A DNA stretch of 64,000 bases. Source: Squalus acanthias. Lineage: Eukaryota. Under the pieces are notes generated by a model that was given only the letters and a program-made list of their open reading frames with translations, did no database searches and was not told the DNA's origin. Shown here piece after piece: positions 26,862 through 39,066 of this stretch (the stretch's first letter is position 1; the number at the start of each line of letters is the position of its first letter). Both the position numbers and the translations under genes were made by a program. Location of the stretch: the NCBI GenBank assembly GCA_030390025.1, contig CM059432.1, forward strand, positions 140,184,001 to 140,248,000, written 5' to 3'.

Positions 26862-27075
26862 GTGTCAGCCATGGCTCAGTGGGTAGCATTCGCACCTCTG
26901 AGTCAGATAGTTGTGGGTTCGTAAACCCACTCCAGGCCGTGAACGCATAATATCGGCTGACACTCCCAGTGCAGTACTGAGGGAGTGCTACATTGTTGGA
27001 GGTGCCGTCTTTCGGATGAGATGTTAAACCGAGGCCCCTCTGCCCTCTCAGGTGGACGTGAAAGATCCCATTGCA
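26862..27075 (+). mobile_element. tRNA-SINE 5' half
   Basis: A and B boxes; matches 5505-5700. Confidence 0.8.
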
Positions 27076-27199
27076 CTGAGAGTTGTAGCAGATTCCATAC
27101 AATTTCACTCTGCTACGATGCACAGTAAACAATATTCATTTGAAAATGCTAGATTGGCAGTGTGGGGACTTAATTCATTACTGCTAAATGATGCTGAAG

Positions 27200-27330
27200 G
27201 ATGCGGAGATGCCGGTGTTGGACTGGGGTGGACAAAAGTGAGAAGTCGCACAACACCAGGTTATAGTCCAACAGCTTTATTTGAAATCACAAGCTTTCGG
27301 AGCGGCTGCTCCTTCGTCAGGTGAAGTGAA
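27200..27330 (-). mobile_element. Solo Penelope-type pLTR fragment with hammerhead motif
   Basis: Near-perfect reverse complement of 28597-28727. Confidence 0.8.
27287..27324 (-). ncRNA. Minimal type I hammerhead ribozyme motif
   Basis: Minus strand reads tcac-CTGACGA-a-ggagc(agcc)gctcc-GAAA-gc-TT-gtga. Confidence 0.75.
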
Positions 27331-27592
27331 GGAAGCATGGGAATGGAAGATTGCAAAGAAGCCTGTGTGAAGAACAGATTTCCAAGTGAACAGTTAGGAA
27401 GCTGCCTCTCATACGCTTGTATCTTTCAAAGGGCTAACATATATAAGGGGGGGTCATGCCACGTGTTCGCATCCATGTTTCTGCACATGCCAATTTTTTA
27501 TTCTGAACTGTGACGTAGTAAAGTCTAAAGTGGAGGAGGAAAGAAAGGGGTTCTCTGGAGTGAAGCAGATTGCAATTTTGTTGCTCATAACA

Positions 27593-27875
27593 GTGTCAGC
27601 TGTGGCACAGTGAGTAGCACTTTTGCCTCTGAGTCAAAAGGTTGTGGGCTCAAGTCCCACTCCAGAGACTTCAGAACAAAATCTAGGTGACATTCCACAG
27701 ATCCAGGTGTCAGTGCAGTACTGAAGATGAAGCGTCTGCCCTCTCAGAACAAATTGGCTGCCCCGTTTCCTACATTACAACAGTGACTACACTTCAAAGC
27801 TACTTAATTGGCTGCAAAGTGCTTTGGGACGTCCTGAGGTTGTGAAAGGCGTTGTAGAAATGCAAGTTCTCTCTT
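27593..27875 (+). mobile_element. tRNA-SINE with internal deletion
   Basis: Head and tail match the SINE consensus seen in the window. Confidence 0.75.
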
Positions 27876-28237
27876 TTCTGTCAAACAGAAACCTTGGTGC
27901 CAAAGCTAATGGACGTTGTTAATATTTCCAATTGCTCATTTCCCGCTTGTAAATCTGTTCCTCTTACCTGTCAATGAGGCCGTTGGACCTATTTGTAGTT
28001 TTTCTTTCAAGAAAATCATTACTGGCCTCAGAGAGTATATTTAATACACTTATCGTTGGGAAATCTATTTGTCTATAACGTAAAATTTGCTTTTGATCCT
28101 AAGTATTATACTGGGAAAATGCAAGGTAATTTCCTTCCCCCTCAGACAGGGCGAGATATCATTTTCTGCCCCTGGGGGCTTAACCTGTCTGTTTAATAAC
28201 TAATATTCGCTAATATAATAACAACAAGCATTTATAT

Positions 28238-28727
28238 GCGTTACATGTAACCCCACCTGACGTAGAGTCATCCAGACTCGAGTCGTCGTTGGCTTGTTCT
28301 CTCTACACAGATGCGGCCGGACCTGCTGTAATTTCCAGCAAAAAAAGTAAAAGGTTTTTTGTTTTCCATACAGACTCCAGCATCTGCCACATTTGACCCC
28401 TTGTGACCCCACCTCATTGTCTTTGTTGTATTTTGCTATCGTCTTTGATGTAATGTTTTCCTGACTGACCTGTTTGGACACCATCCACACCTTTGATTGC
28501 CGTGATTGTCTCTCTGCCGAGGTGTGATAAAGAAAGATTAACTGTAATCATCTGGCAGTGTTCTCTGACTATTTATGCTGTGCCTATATGTATTTCTTCA
28601 CTTCACCTGACGAAGGAGCAGCCGCTCCGAAAGCTTGTGATTTCAAATAAAGCTGTTGGACTATAACCTGGCGTTGTGCGACTTCTCACTTTTGTCCACC
28701 CCAGTCCAACACCGGCATCTCCGCATC
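28238..28727 (+). mobile_element. Non-coding Penelope-derived retrozyme-like element, 490 bp
   Basis: 12-bp TSD aagcatttatat/aagtatttatat inside an L2 tail; degenerate hammerhead near 28257 and intact motif at 28603; sister copy 35589-36011. Confidence 0.8.
28603..28640 (+). ncRNA. Minimal type I hammerhead ribozyme motif
   Basis: tcac-CTGACGA-a-ggagc(agcc)gctcc-GAAA-gc-TT-gtga; stem I tcac/gtga; palindromic AGCT in place of stem III. Confidence 0.78.
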
Positions 28728-28831
28728 AAGTATTTATATAGCATCTTTAATGTAGTAAAACATCCCAAGGAGCGTCACAGGAGCGTTATCAGACAAAATT
28801 TGACACAGAGTCACATAAGGATATATATATA

Positions 28832-29094
28832 CAGGAATCCCTCCCCAACCACGGGGGATACGTCCCTGAAAACCCCCGTGGTTAGTAAAACCGTGGTTGG
28901 CAAATTCACTATAAACACATATAAAAAGCATATAAATAGCATAAAAATTATATAAATAGCATAAAAATCCTGTTTTTTTACCTTATTCCTAAATGAAAAA
29001 CCGCGGATACGTGAATTTCACGGCCGCGGTTGACAAAAGTTGTCGCAGAGTGGAAACCACGTATGGCAAACCTGCAGTTGGGGAGGGATCCCTG
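28832..29094. mobile_element. Tc1/mariner (Tigger/pogo-like) MITE, 263 bp
   Basis: TA on both sides; TIR caggaatccctccccaac / gttggggagggatccctg. Confidence 0.85.
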
Positions 29095-29877
29095 TATATA
29101 CATATACTAATCACAAGAAAAAGCAAGGGTTCTTGTCACTGCATAGATATTTTGTGATAAAATGTTAAAAAGACTGGTTGTGAGACACTGGTTTCTCTTC
29201 CAGTCTCCCCAGTGACAAGAGCTAACCAGAGCCAGGCATTCTATCACAATCAGCTGGGCCACAGCTTGCAGTTCCAGGTACAAGAAGTGTTGATAAAGTA
29301 TTAGGGCTTCTCTTCATTGAGATTGACCCACTGCGTGTTTTATGGGGCACTAACAGGAAGACCATGCCTCATTGCTGTTTGGAATACTTTAAACTCCAGT
29401 AATTGAAGTATCAAACACAATGCAGAAACAGATGCTTTAACCACAATTGAATCATTCCCCACTGACACTGTACTGAAGTGGTTTAACGCGCTAATTGATT
29501 TTTCAGCTGAAACCTCTTCTTTGGCTAGTTACCCTTGAGATGACTCACTCAGTGGAGTCTCAGGCAGAACCAAAGGCTTTAAACAATTGTACAACAGCAA
29601 ACACATCAATACGTTGGATAACTCTTTGAAAACAGTTCAAATGGCAAATTACTACTTCGCTGCAATTAAAACTGGAAATGTCTTTTCTTCAACTTATTTT
29701 CTTCCTTCTGATTTTCTTCTTTCCCGAAGGTAATGACTCTTGCTTCCATCAGCAACAGCAGCTCACTGGTTCCTTGCCCAACTCGTTCGTGTGTGAGCCT
29801 GGACACTGAGTGTTCTAAGGCTATTTGACTGTGGGGGTGGCATAGCTGAGCCTCATCCTGTCGTCAACCCATTTCAC

Positions 29878-30280
29878 CATCATAGAATCATACAGCACAG
29901 AAGGAAGCCATTCGGCCCATCATGCCTGTGCCGGCTCTTTGAAAGAGCTATCCAATTAGTCTCACTCCCCTGCTCTTTCCCCATAGCCCTGCAAATTTTT
30001 CCTTTTCAAGTATATATCCAATTCCTTTCCGGCAGTGCATTCCTAATCATAACAACTCGCTGTGTAAAGAAATCTCTCCTCATCTCACCTCTGGTTCTTT
30101 TGCCAATCACCTTAAGTCTATGTCCTCTGGTTACCGACCCTCCTGCCAGTGGAAACAGTTTCTCCTTATTTATTGTCATAATTTTGAACACCTTTATTAA
30201 ATCCCCGCCTTAACCTTCCCTGCTCTAAGGAGAACAATCCCAGCTTCTCTCGTCTCTACACACATAACTGAAGTCCCTCA
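29878..30280 (-). mobile_element. CR1 LINE 3' fragment
   Basis: EKLFPLAGGSVTRGHRLKV; (catagaat) tail. Confidence 0.85.
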
Positions 30281-30560
30281 TGAAAAAATCGCGTAGAATC
30301 TGCCACACCAGAAAATTATCAGACAATTCTTTTTTGTGTCTATGAAAAGGCATATAAATAGAAGCTTTCCAATTATTTTAGTATTGGTTCTGGATCATGA
30401 GATTACTTGGAATGAATGCATACTTCAATCTGTTACAAAAACAGAAATTTAATTGGGTTGGTGTGGAAATGGGAAAATATTTTATTTGGAAACTGCTGCG
30501 TATTCTAAAGTTGCAATTACATTTTTTTAATTCAAAATTTTTACTTTGCATTAATGGTTG

Positions 30561-30770
30561 CGTCCTGGGGCCAATATTTATCCCTCAACCAACATCACTA
30601 AAACAGATTATCTGCTATTTGTGGGAGCTTGCTGTGCGGAAATTGGCTGCCGTGTTTACTACATTACAACAGTGACTACGCTTCAAAAGTACTTCACTGG
30701 CTGTAAAGCGCTTTGGTCTTGAGGTCGTGATTAGCGCTAAAGAAATGCAAGTCTTTTCTCTCTCTCTCTA
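30561..30770 (+). mobile_element. tRNA-SINE 3' half
   Basis: Matches 5740-5943. Confidence 0.75.
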
Positions 30771-31777
30771 ATACTGTAGGTAATGAAAATCTAAACAGAA
30801 AGAAACAAATAGCTAAGAGCACCAGACTTATCACAGATTAACTTCAATAATAATAGCAATAATGTTTTAGATTTTGAACATTTATGTTTGAATATTTAAA
30901 TATATAAATCAGTCATGTATTCATGAAAGACTTTAAACATGCACCAAGGACTCTCTTATGTAATGCAGAGCATTGAATGCCCTGTCACACCTAGCTAATG
31001 CTACAAACGTTGGTTTTTCTTATTTCGTTGCAGCCTGCAACCTTTGGGAATAAATATGGTTTGCGTTGGAACATGCTGAGCTGTTCAAGCTACATCCAGG
31101 CATTTGTTACTTTTGTATTTTGCATAATCGTTTGTGACTTGGGCAACTTCAGTCTGCCAAATGTAATTGTGTTTGACATTCATTTTTGTATAATAGGGTC
31201 TCTGGACTTGGTAAAGTCACCACCCTGTAGTTATGAAATGGAAATGGTCACTGCTGCCAATGACAGCTTCATTCTCCCTGTCAAGGCTATAGTCTCATTA
31301 AAAGTCTCTAGGTTCCCTGAAGTGACAGGATATATTAAGACTATGTGCCCACACTCATAGGCTGGTGTCTAAATATTTACGCCATATATGTGGGAGAAAT
31401 GGTATATGACTGATGACTTGCGGGATATTGTTCCTGCAGGATCACATTTCTGAAAGATAGACTTAGTTACCTCCCCATGGTCTGCCATGGCTCCAAATGG
31501 CCTGACACATGACCTGGACAACAAACTCAATGTTTGAACCCAGCGAACAATTGCTGATTTGCGAGGCAACTGTCAAACATTTTGAAATCAGTTACAACTT
31601 AAAGAATAAATATTTATGCATTTGTAAGACAAAGAGTCACCATTTCATTCTTCCAGTTTTATCTTCTCTCTGATATAAGTCAAGCAACAAGTCAAGACAG
31701 ACACCAGATGAGATGTTCTGACTCAAAAGTCCAATGACACCAGCTTTACAGAAGTGTAATATAAACTAGCTTTAATT

Positions 31778-32505
31778 TTTGTTTTATTCGTTCATGGGAT
31801 GTGGGCGTCGCCGGCAAGGCCAGCATTTATTGCCCATCCCTAGTTGTCCCTTGAGAAGGTGATGGTGAGCTGCCACCTTGAACCACTGCAGTCCGTGTGG
31901 TGAAGGTATTCCCACAATATTGTTGAGTCGCACAACACCAGGTTATAGTCCAACAGCTTTATTTGAAATCACAAGCTTTCGGAGCGCTGCTCCTTCGTCA
32001 GGTGAGAGAAATAATACCACCATAGTGAGTCCTTTTGAAAAAGGGCACAGCCCTGCAGGAAAAATCTGTGGGTGAGTGGGCAGTGAGAATGCTCATTCCC
32101 GAGGATCACTGACACCAGAATGTGGAGATAAATTTCTTCAACGTCACAAAATGTTCAAATCACATTTAATTTCACTTCATCAACTTTGCACACAGACTTG
32201 ACTTCACCTGACGAAGGAGCAACGCTCCGAAAGCTTGTGATTTCAAATAAAGCTGTTGGACTATAACCTGGTGTTGTGCGACTTCGCATTTTTGTCCACC
32301 CCAGTCCAACACCGGCATCTCCGCATCATGGCCACAATATTGTTGAGTAGGGAGTTGCAGGATTTTGACCCAGCAATGATGAAGGAACGGCGATATACTT
32401 CCAAGTCAGGATGGTGTTTTACTTGGAGGTGGTGGTGTTCCCATGCGCCTGCTGCCCTTGTCCTTCTAGGTGATAGAGGTCATGGGTTTGGGAGGTGCTG
32501 TTTCA
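31778..32505 (-). mobile_element. CR1-group LINE (family 2) 3' fragment, interrupted
   Basis: Matches 57020-57330 on both sides of the 31929-32331 insert. Confidence 0.85.
31929..32331. mobile_element. Penelope-derived insert with inverted hammerhead-bearing ends, 403 bp
   Basis: 17-bp TSD ccacaatattgttgagt; hammerhead motifs at 31969-32005 (-) and 32204-32240 (+). Confidence 0.85.
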
Positions 32506-32560
32506 ATAGACTGTAAATAATAAGTGATTCATTAGTGCCTCAGCAATCAGAAAACACCTC

Positions 32561-33316
32561 GGGCTAAAAATTGAGTCGCGCCCCATTTGGGCTACTTTTA
32601 GCGCCCCAGAAAAATTAGCGCCTCCGCGCCGAAAATTGAGTGGTTGCGCCCCAAGAGGGAAGCGGGGCGCTACTGGAAGCTCCCCGCAACCCTCTTGGGG
32701 CGCTGCGAGTAAATATCGTGGCGCTACGTGCCGCAGCGTCACCCGCTGTGGCACGTCGCGCCGCGGTATTGCAGGCCTTCCTCCCCTTCTTAAAGGGGAG
32801 GGGCCTTGCGCAGCGCGACCTGGGGCCCATCTGGGCCCCCGGGGATTGGTAGTGCCGGCAAAAGAACCCGGCACTCAAGAGAAGTGCCGGGCTCTTGGAG
32901 TGCAGCCGGCATTCCGCGGTGGGGGGGGGGTCGTTCAGGAGGCCGGGGACGGGAGCGCAGGCAGGTGCTGGCAGGCGGCCAGCAACAAAAATGACCGCCC
33001 GGCACCTCACCTTTAAATAACGGCTCCCTGGCCGCAGGTAGGCCCCCCTGACCCCGTCGGACACAGAGTCCGGCGGTAAGTCAGGGGGCGCTCCTGAAGA
33101 TTGTGGCCGGGACGCGAGCAGGGCACTGCGCACGGCGATGATGTCATCGCCGGCGGCGCAGCGCCATGGGGCGCTATCGGTTAGTGCTGCCGCTAACCTC
33201 CTGCTGAATTTTGCGGGAGGCGTGGGCGGTACCGCGCCCGGGCGCTAGTTGCTTTGCGCCCCATTAGTGCCCTTAGGGCACTAACGGGAGGTGCAAAGCA
33301 ACCCAATTTTCCCCCC
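32561..33316. mobile_element. Harbinger-type MITE (GC-rich tagcgcc family), 756 bp
   Basis: TIR gggctaaaaattg / caattttcccccc; TSD CTC. Confidence 0.88.
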
Positions 33317-34019
33317 CTCATATCGAATTTACACTGGGGCGGGTGTAGGGAGGAAAATTGGCCCCATGTTTCTTTATTAAAACTAGCAAACCCAATGTTG
33401 TATGATTTTTGATTCAGAGTCTTGAAGCATTGGAAGGGCTTCTTATACAAAACTGGAATGGGACAGGGACATTTATTCCAGCAATTCTCTCAGCTTTTCC
33501 TTGATTATATTAAAGGGATATGTTGACATGAATGAGAGTGGATGGAAAAGTAGGACCTGGATGAACTTCTGACGACGTGCAGTGCCTTAGGAAAAAGTTA
33601 ATTGCAAGGCTCTGGAAGTGAGGAATGGTATTATTTGAAGTTATTGTTTATCATGTATTACTATGCATTCCAACAATGCATTTTTATGTTTATTTGCCTG
33701 AGTCCAAATGCTTCATGGAGCAAATGATATAATTGTTTAGAAAAAGAAGGAAATTCTAGGCTTGTAAGAATTAAGCATTTCAAAATTTCTGAAGTGTAAA
33801 CTGTTTGCATCCACTAATTACATTCTGAATGAGATTAACTGTGCCAGAAAGAAATGTTAATTGCTCGACTTTTTCAATTTCATCTCAGCCAAGGGTCGGG
33901 ACAAGTTGATATTTAGGTAATCGTGTAATAAAGGGGTAAGTAAAAGAATGGCTGACAGCAGTGGGGCACTTTGCTGGGCGGTAGCATGATGAAAATCACA
34001 GCACAGCTCTCCTTGCTCA

Positions 34020-34242
34020 CCACCCACTCCCTTCCATTGGCGGCCGTGCCTTCAGCTGCCTGGGCCTTAAGCTCTCGGGTTCCCTCCCTAAGCCTCTCCG
34101 CCTCTCTCTCCTCCTTTTGGTCACTGGTCCTTCTATCTCCTTATGCGGCTCGGTGTCAAATTTTTGTCTGATACATTCCTGTGAAGCGCCTTGGGCCGTT
34201 TCACTACGCTAAAAGGGCCATATAAATGCAAGTTGTTGTTGT
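34020..34242 (+). mobile_element. L2 LINE 3' tail
   Basis: Ends taaatgcaagttgttgttgtt. Confidence 0.75.
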
Positions 34243-34584
34243 TTTGTTTATCAACTGCGACCAACATTCCATCTTAAATTGATAAGAGGAAGCGAGCCAA
34301 CCAGTGCCCTGAGAGTGTTGGACTGTGAGATGCCGAGGGCCTCCATTATGGCCGTTCCTTTATATTGTGGATAGGTCCAATCAAACACACCTCCTGCAAG
34401 CATAGCTTGAAGTATCCCTTCTACCTTTCTTTCCAGATGGCCCTAATTTCTGCTGTTCCCCTGCTCTGGTTGTACGCTGATGAGTCACTTAAACTTTCCA
34501 CACTGATCTGGTATTTGTAGCTGTCCTGACTCTGCCTGCTTACTCTTTTATTGGACCTTTGATGCCTTTGCAACATTCCCTGAA

Positions 34585-35018
34585 CCTCTGAGTCAGAAGG
34601 TCATGGGTTCAAGTCCCACTCCAGAGACTCGAGTGCAAAATCTAGGTTGACACTCCAGTGCAGTGTGAGGGAGTGCTGCACTGTCAAAGGTGCTGTCTTT
34701 CGGGTGACACATTTATCCAAGGACCCATCTGCCCTCTGAAGTGGAAGTAAAAGATCCCATGGCTCTATTTGTTGAGGAGCGGGGGAGTTCTCCCCGGTGT
34801 TCTGGGGCCAATATTTATCCCTCAATCAACATCACCAAAAACAGATTATCTGGTCATTATCACATTGCTGTTTGTGGGAGCTTGCTGTGCGCAAATTGGC
34901 TGCCGTTTTTCCTACATTACAACAATGACTACACTTCAAAAGGTACTTCATTGGCTGTAAAGTGCTTTGGGACGTCCTGAGGTCGTGAAAGGCGCTATAG
35001 AAATACAAGTCATTCTTT
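34585..35018 (+). mobile_element. tRNA-SINE
   Basis: B box, Deu-like core and tail. Confidence 0.85.
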
Positions 35019-35444
35019 GCTCCTGCATCACCTAAAGAGCTGAGTGTAGATTCGATCCTTGCCCACGGGAAGGAAATCGGAGGGAGAATCAGCATTGGGT
35101 GCACTGTCTGGGCACACAGATGGAACTGTACCCCAGCAAGGAATGAAGAACAGGAGAAGAGATCAAATGAAAAGCTGTGGTGGAGCAACTCGCTCACTGC
35201 AAACATGTTTTGGAACATCCCAGACATGGTGGCTACGATTCTTCATCAGGACGCTTGCGATTTTCCAACACTCACTCAGAGCAGGCCAGGTACCTCTCAG
35301 TGGGCTTGAACTTGGAAAACCTATCTTAACATTTCCAACCATCAAGAGAATTTGAGCAATGAGCCAGAATATTTCTATGTTGACAAGTAAGAGCTGACAT
35401 GGCATCACTGTAGCACTGAGCCACTTAAGTGGGTCTCAATAGAG

Positions 35445-36510
35445 GCAGAGTAGTGGAATGGTGCAATTTTAAAGGGGGTGCGGGAACAGGGAGACCTGGG
35501 GGTGTACGGACACAAATCTTTGAAGGTAGCAGGACAAGTTGAGAAGGCTGTTAAAGAAACATACGGGATCCTGGGCTTTATAAATAGACTCGAGTCGTCG
35601 TTGGCTTGTTCTCTCGACACAGATGCGGCCGGACCTGCTGTGATTTCCAGCAAAAAAAGTAAAACGTTTTTTGTTTTCCAAACAGACCCCAGCATCTGCC
35701 ACATTTGACCCCTTGTGACCCCACCTCATTGTCTTTGTTGTATTTTGCTATCGTCTTTGATGTAATGTTTTCCTGACTGACCTGGTTGGACACCATCCAC
35801 ACCTTTGATTGCGGTGATTGTCTCTCTGCCGAGGTGTGATAAAGGGCAGTTAGAAAGATTAACTGTAGTCATCTGGCAGTGTTCTCTGACTATATATGCT
35901 GCGCCTATATGCATCTCTTCACTTCACCTGATGAAGGAGCAGCCGCTCCGAAAGCTTGTGATTTCAAATAAAGCTTTTGGACTATAACCTGGTGTTGTGC
36001 GACTTCTCACTTTTATAAATAGAGGCATGGAGTACAAAAGCAAGGAGGTTACACCAAACCTTTATAAAACACTGGTGTGGCCTCAGCTGAAGTAGTGGGC
36101 TGGATTTTACTTACTGAGACGAGTTGATTGTGTCCAATTCTGGGCACCAGACTTTAGGAAGGATGTCAAGGCCTTGGCGAGGGTGCAGATGAGATTTACC
36201 AGAATGGTACCAGGGATGAGGGGACTTCAGTTGTGTGGAGAGACTGGAGAAGCTGGGGTTGTTCTTCTTGGAGCAGAGAAGGTTAAGGGGAGATTTAGTA
36301 GAGGTGTTCAAAATTATGAAGGGGTTTAATGGAGTAGAGAAAAAAGAAATGATTTCCACTGGCAGGAGGGTCGGTAACCAGAGGACACAGATTTAAAATA
36401 ATTCAGGGCTATGGGGAAAGAGCAGGGGGAGTGGGCATAAATGGAAAGCTTTTTCAAAGAGCCGGCATAGGCACAATGGGTTGAATTGCCTCCTTCTGTG
36501 CTGTATGATT
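35445..36510 (+). mobile_element. CR1 3' fragment with two nested inserts
   Basis: EQGDLGV...YGILGFINR resumes at 36012. Confidence 0.85.
35589..36011 (+). mobile_element. Second copy of the retrozyme-like element, 423 bp, truncated at both ends
   Basis: 12-bp TSD tttataaataga; near-identical to 28275-28692; hammerhead motif at 35924-35961 with CTGATGA core. Confidence 0.85.
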
Positions 36511-36720
36511 TGGCCACTCCATGCTACACTGCTACAAGGACAAGTGCAGCTTGAAAACTAGCATCAGGACCTAAGACATAAGAACATAAGAAATAGGAGC
36601 AGGAGCAGGCCATTTGGCCCCTCAAGTCTGCTCCGCCATCCAATAAGATCATGGCTGATCTTCTACCTCAACTCCACTTTCCTGCACTATCCCCATATCC
36701 CTTGATTCCCTTAATATCCA

Positions 36721-36869
36721 ATGCAATTCAGATGCCTGGACAGATCTTGTGGAGCCCTACAGTTCGCACTGCAGCGTGGCTTACCACTGGCTGAGGAACA
36801 AGTGGCACTGCGCACAGCTGCCTCCTCCGTGAGGCAAGGGATACACTAATCCATGCCAGATTCGCGTAA
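36721..36869 (+). pseudogene. Harbinger transposase C-terminal remnant
   Basis: MQFRCLDRSCGALQF-ALQRGLPLAEEQ then, after a frameshift, REARDTLIHARFA*; homologous to 63237-63530. Confidence 0.8.
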
Positions 36870-37154
36870 CTTTACGCAGCAAACACATGTGGCTGGCACA
36901 TGGGTATGAGTGTTTGCACAACCTTCATTACACACCATACAGCATCTGTACAATAAACTGAGCTTTCCTAACACTCTCCCCATCATCACTGCAGATGAAA
37001 GGCGCCCTGACCCCTCACTGTGCCACTTCCATTTCTGAGCACACATAGGCCAACTCTTTGATTCTTTGACACGCATTTCTTTATTACAATTGAAATAATG
37101 ATGACAAACGTAACTTTATATTATATCAAAACACCCAAGTGACTACCCTTGTGA

Positions 37155-39066
37155 CTATTTGTGTGTTAATTTTCTCTTACGCGTGCTTCTATGTGGTGCT
37201 CCCCCTATGGTTTCAGCAGATGTAGAGGCAGCTTGCTTACTTCTCTGCTGCGCCTGCTGAGACGCCTTTGGCGGGCGTCCTCTGGGTTTGGGAGCCTGGG
37301 AGGGCTCCGCAACAGTCTGCTCCTCCTGCCGCTGTGCAGGGGCAGAGACGGCCATCTCAGTTGGGTGACGCATCTGGGGCTCTGACTGAGGGCTCGGCAG
37401 TGGCATGGGAGTGTGAGCGCTTGGAGAGGAGCCCCCACTTCCTTGTTGTTGACCACCAACATCCCTTTCATGGGTCACCTGCACTTCACTGCTAGCAAGT
37501 GTCTGGAGAGCACCTTGCTGCACATCAGTGGGGCCATGAGGACCCGTCTCTGTACTGACAGTCCTCATAATGGGGACGTCCATGTACCTCTGGTGCTTCT
37601 CCTCAATAGATGCCCATCTATCCTCCATAGACAACCATCTATTTAGAAGAGTCACCATGTTCATTTGAGTCTGGCGATTTATGTCCTCCATGGAGGTTGC
37701 CATCCTTTCCATGGCAGCACTTACATTCGCCATTGCGTGCACCACGGCATTGCTCATGTTTGAGATGGACTCCTCCATTCTCTGCACACTTGCAGTCACC
37801 GTGGTTGCAAACCCAGTCAGAGCCTCCTGAACTTGTTCCTGAAGCTCCAACACCGCTCTCTTTCTGGATGGCCCCAGAGGCTCAGCATCTACATGCAGCT
37901 GAGCAGAGCTAGGAGCGTCCTGCGGCCTCTGACGAGGACTCTCCACTGCTGTCCCTGTCTCCACCATCTGCTGATACTCACTTGTGAGCTGTGATACACC
38001 AGGGGACAACACTACTCGATGTCGCGAACGCCCCACCGAGGTGTGCGTCTCTGCACTGGTGCTGAGTGCGCTCATTTCTGGTGACGCTGCTCCCTCAGAG
38101 GCTGCAGGTTCCTCTGAGGAGTCGTCTGGCTCTTCCTCCTGGACAGTGGGGAGGGGGGCTCTCGATGGTCCTGTGGGGGAGTAAAGGCATGAGTTAGACA
38201 TGTGATATTTAGGTAGCAGACACATCCCCTTGGGCAGATGATCAGAACTCAATCTCTATGAACATCAGATGCTATATCAGTCACTCATGAAATCTAAATG
38301 GGAGGGTTGCAAATCTATTCTGTCACCAGCTTGCTGTACTGCGCTCATCTCTCCGTCACCCACTTCCAGCTCCTCTGCACCTCCGACGATCTCGATAGCA
38401 GCCTCCTCAGCGTTAGTTAAATGCACCATGGAAGGTGGGCCTCCTCCTGTCCTCTCCCTCTCCCTCTTACTGTGGGCTCTCTTTTCCTGCCATGAGGGAC
38501 ACAAGTGGAGTTTGAGTGAGAATGATGGAGTGAGTGTCGAGAATCCATAGCATGAATGCTTAGAAGACAAAGATGGAGTGAGGTGCCAATACCAAGGTGC
38601 CTCCCTGTGCGTTGTTAGTTGTTGTCATTGCATAACAGTGAGAGTGAGTGTGAGGTGTGCAGAGTAGGATGGTGAAGTGATTCTATACATAGAGAGAGAG
38701 GGATGGTTAAGGGTGCAAGGGATGAATGGGTAAGTTGGGATGTGCAGGAGTAGGTTGACAATGCAGAGTGTTGGTGATGAGAAGAGATGGGGAGTAGATT
38801 GAAGGTAAGTGTGATGTTATACTCACTTTAGCTGAGCGTAGCAGATCATTGAAACTTTTTTGACACTGCACCCAGGTGCGTGCACACAAAGACCTGGCAC
38901 TTACCTCCTCAGCAATTTGCAGCCAGGCTGCCTTTGTGTGCTGAGGAGGCTTCCTCCGTCCATTGGAAGGGAACAGAACCTCCCTGCGCCCTCTTACTCC
39001 CTCCACAAAAGCTTGGAGGGAGTCAGCATCAAAGCGGGGAGAAGCCTTTGTTCTTGGAGCAGCCAT
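37155..39066 (-). CDS. Harbinger Myb/SANT-like DNA-binding protein, 3 exons (39066-38827, 38486-38327, 38170-37155), 471 aa, intact
   Basis: PRFDADSLQAFVEGV...AAWLQIAEEV...RTWVQCQKSFNDL; GT/AG junctions give a 240+160+1016 nt open frame; same exon layout at 53176-55112. Confidence 0.85.

Noticed and set aside
27200..28727. Single 1.5-kb element with 130-bp TIRs
   Set aside because: The right repeat lies in a separate TSD-bounded insertion (28238-28727) and the outer flanks share no TSD
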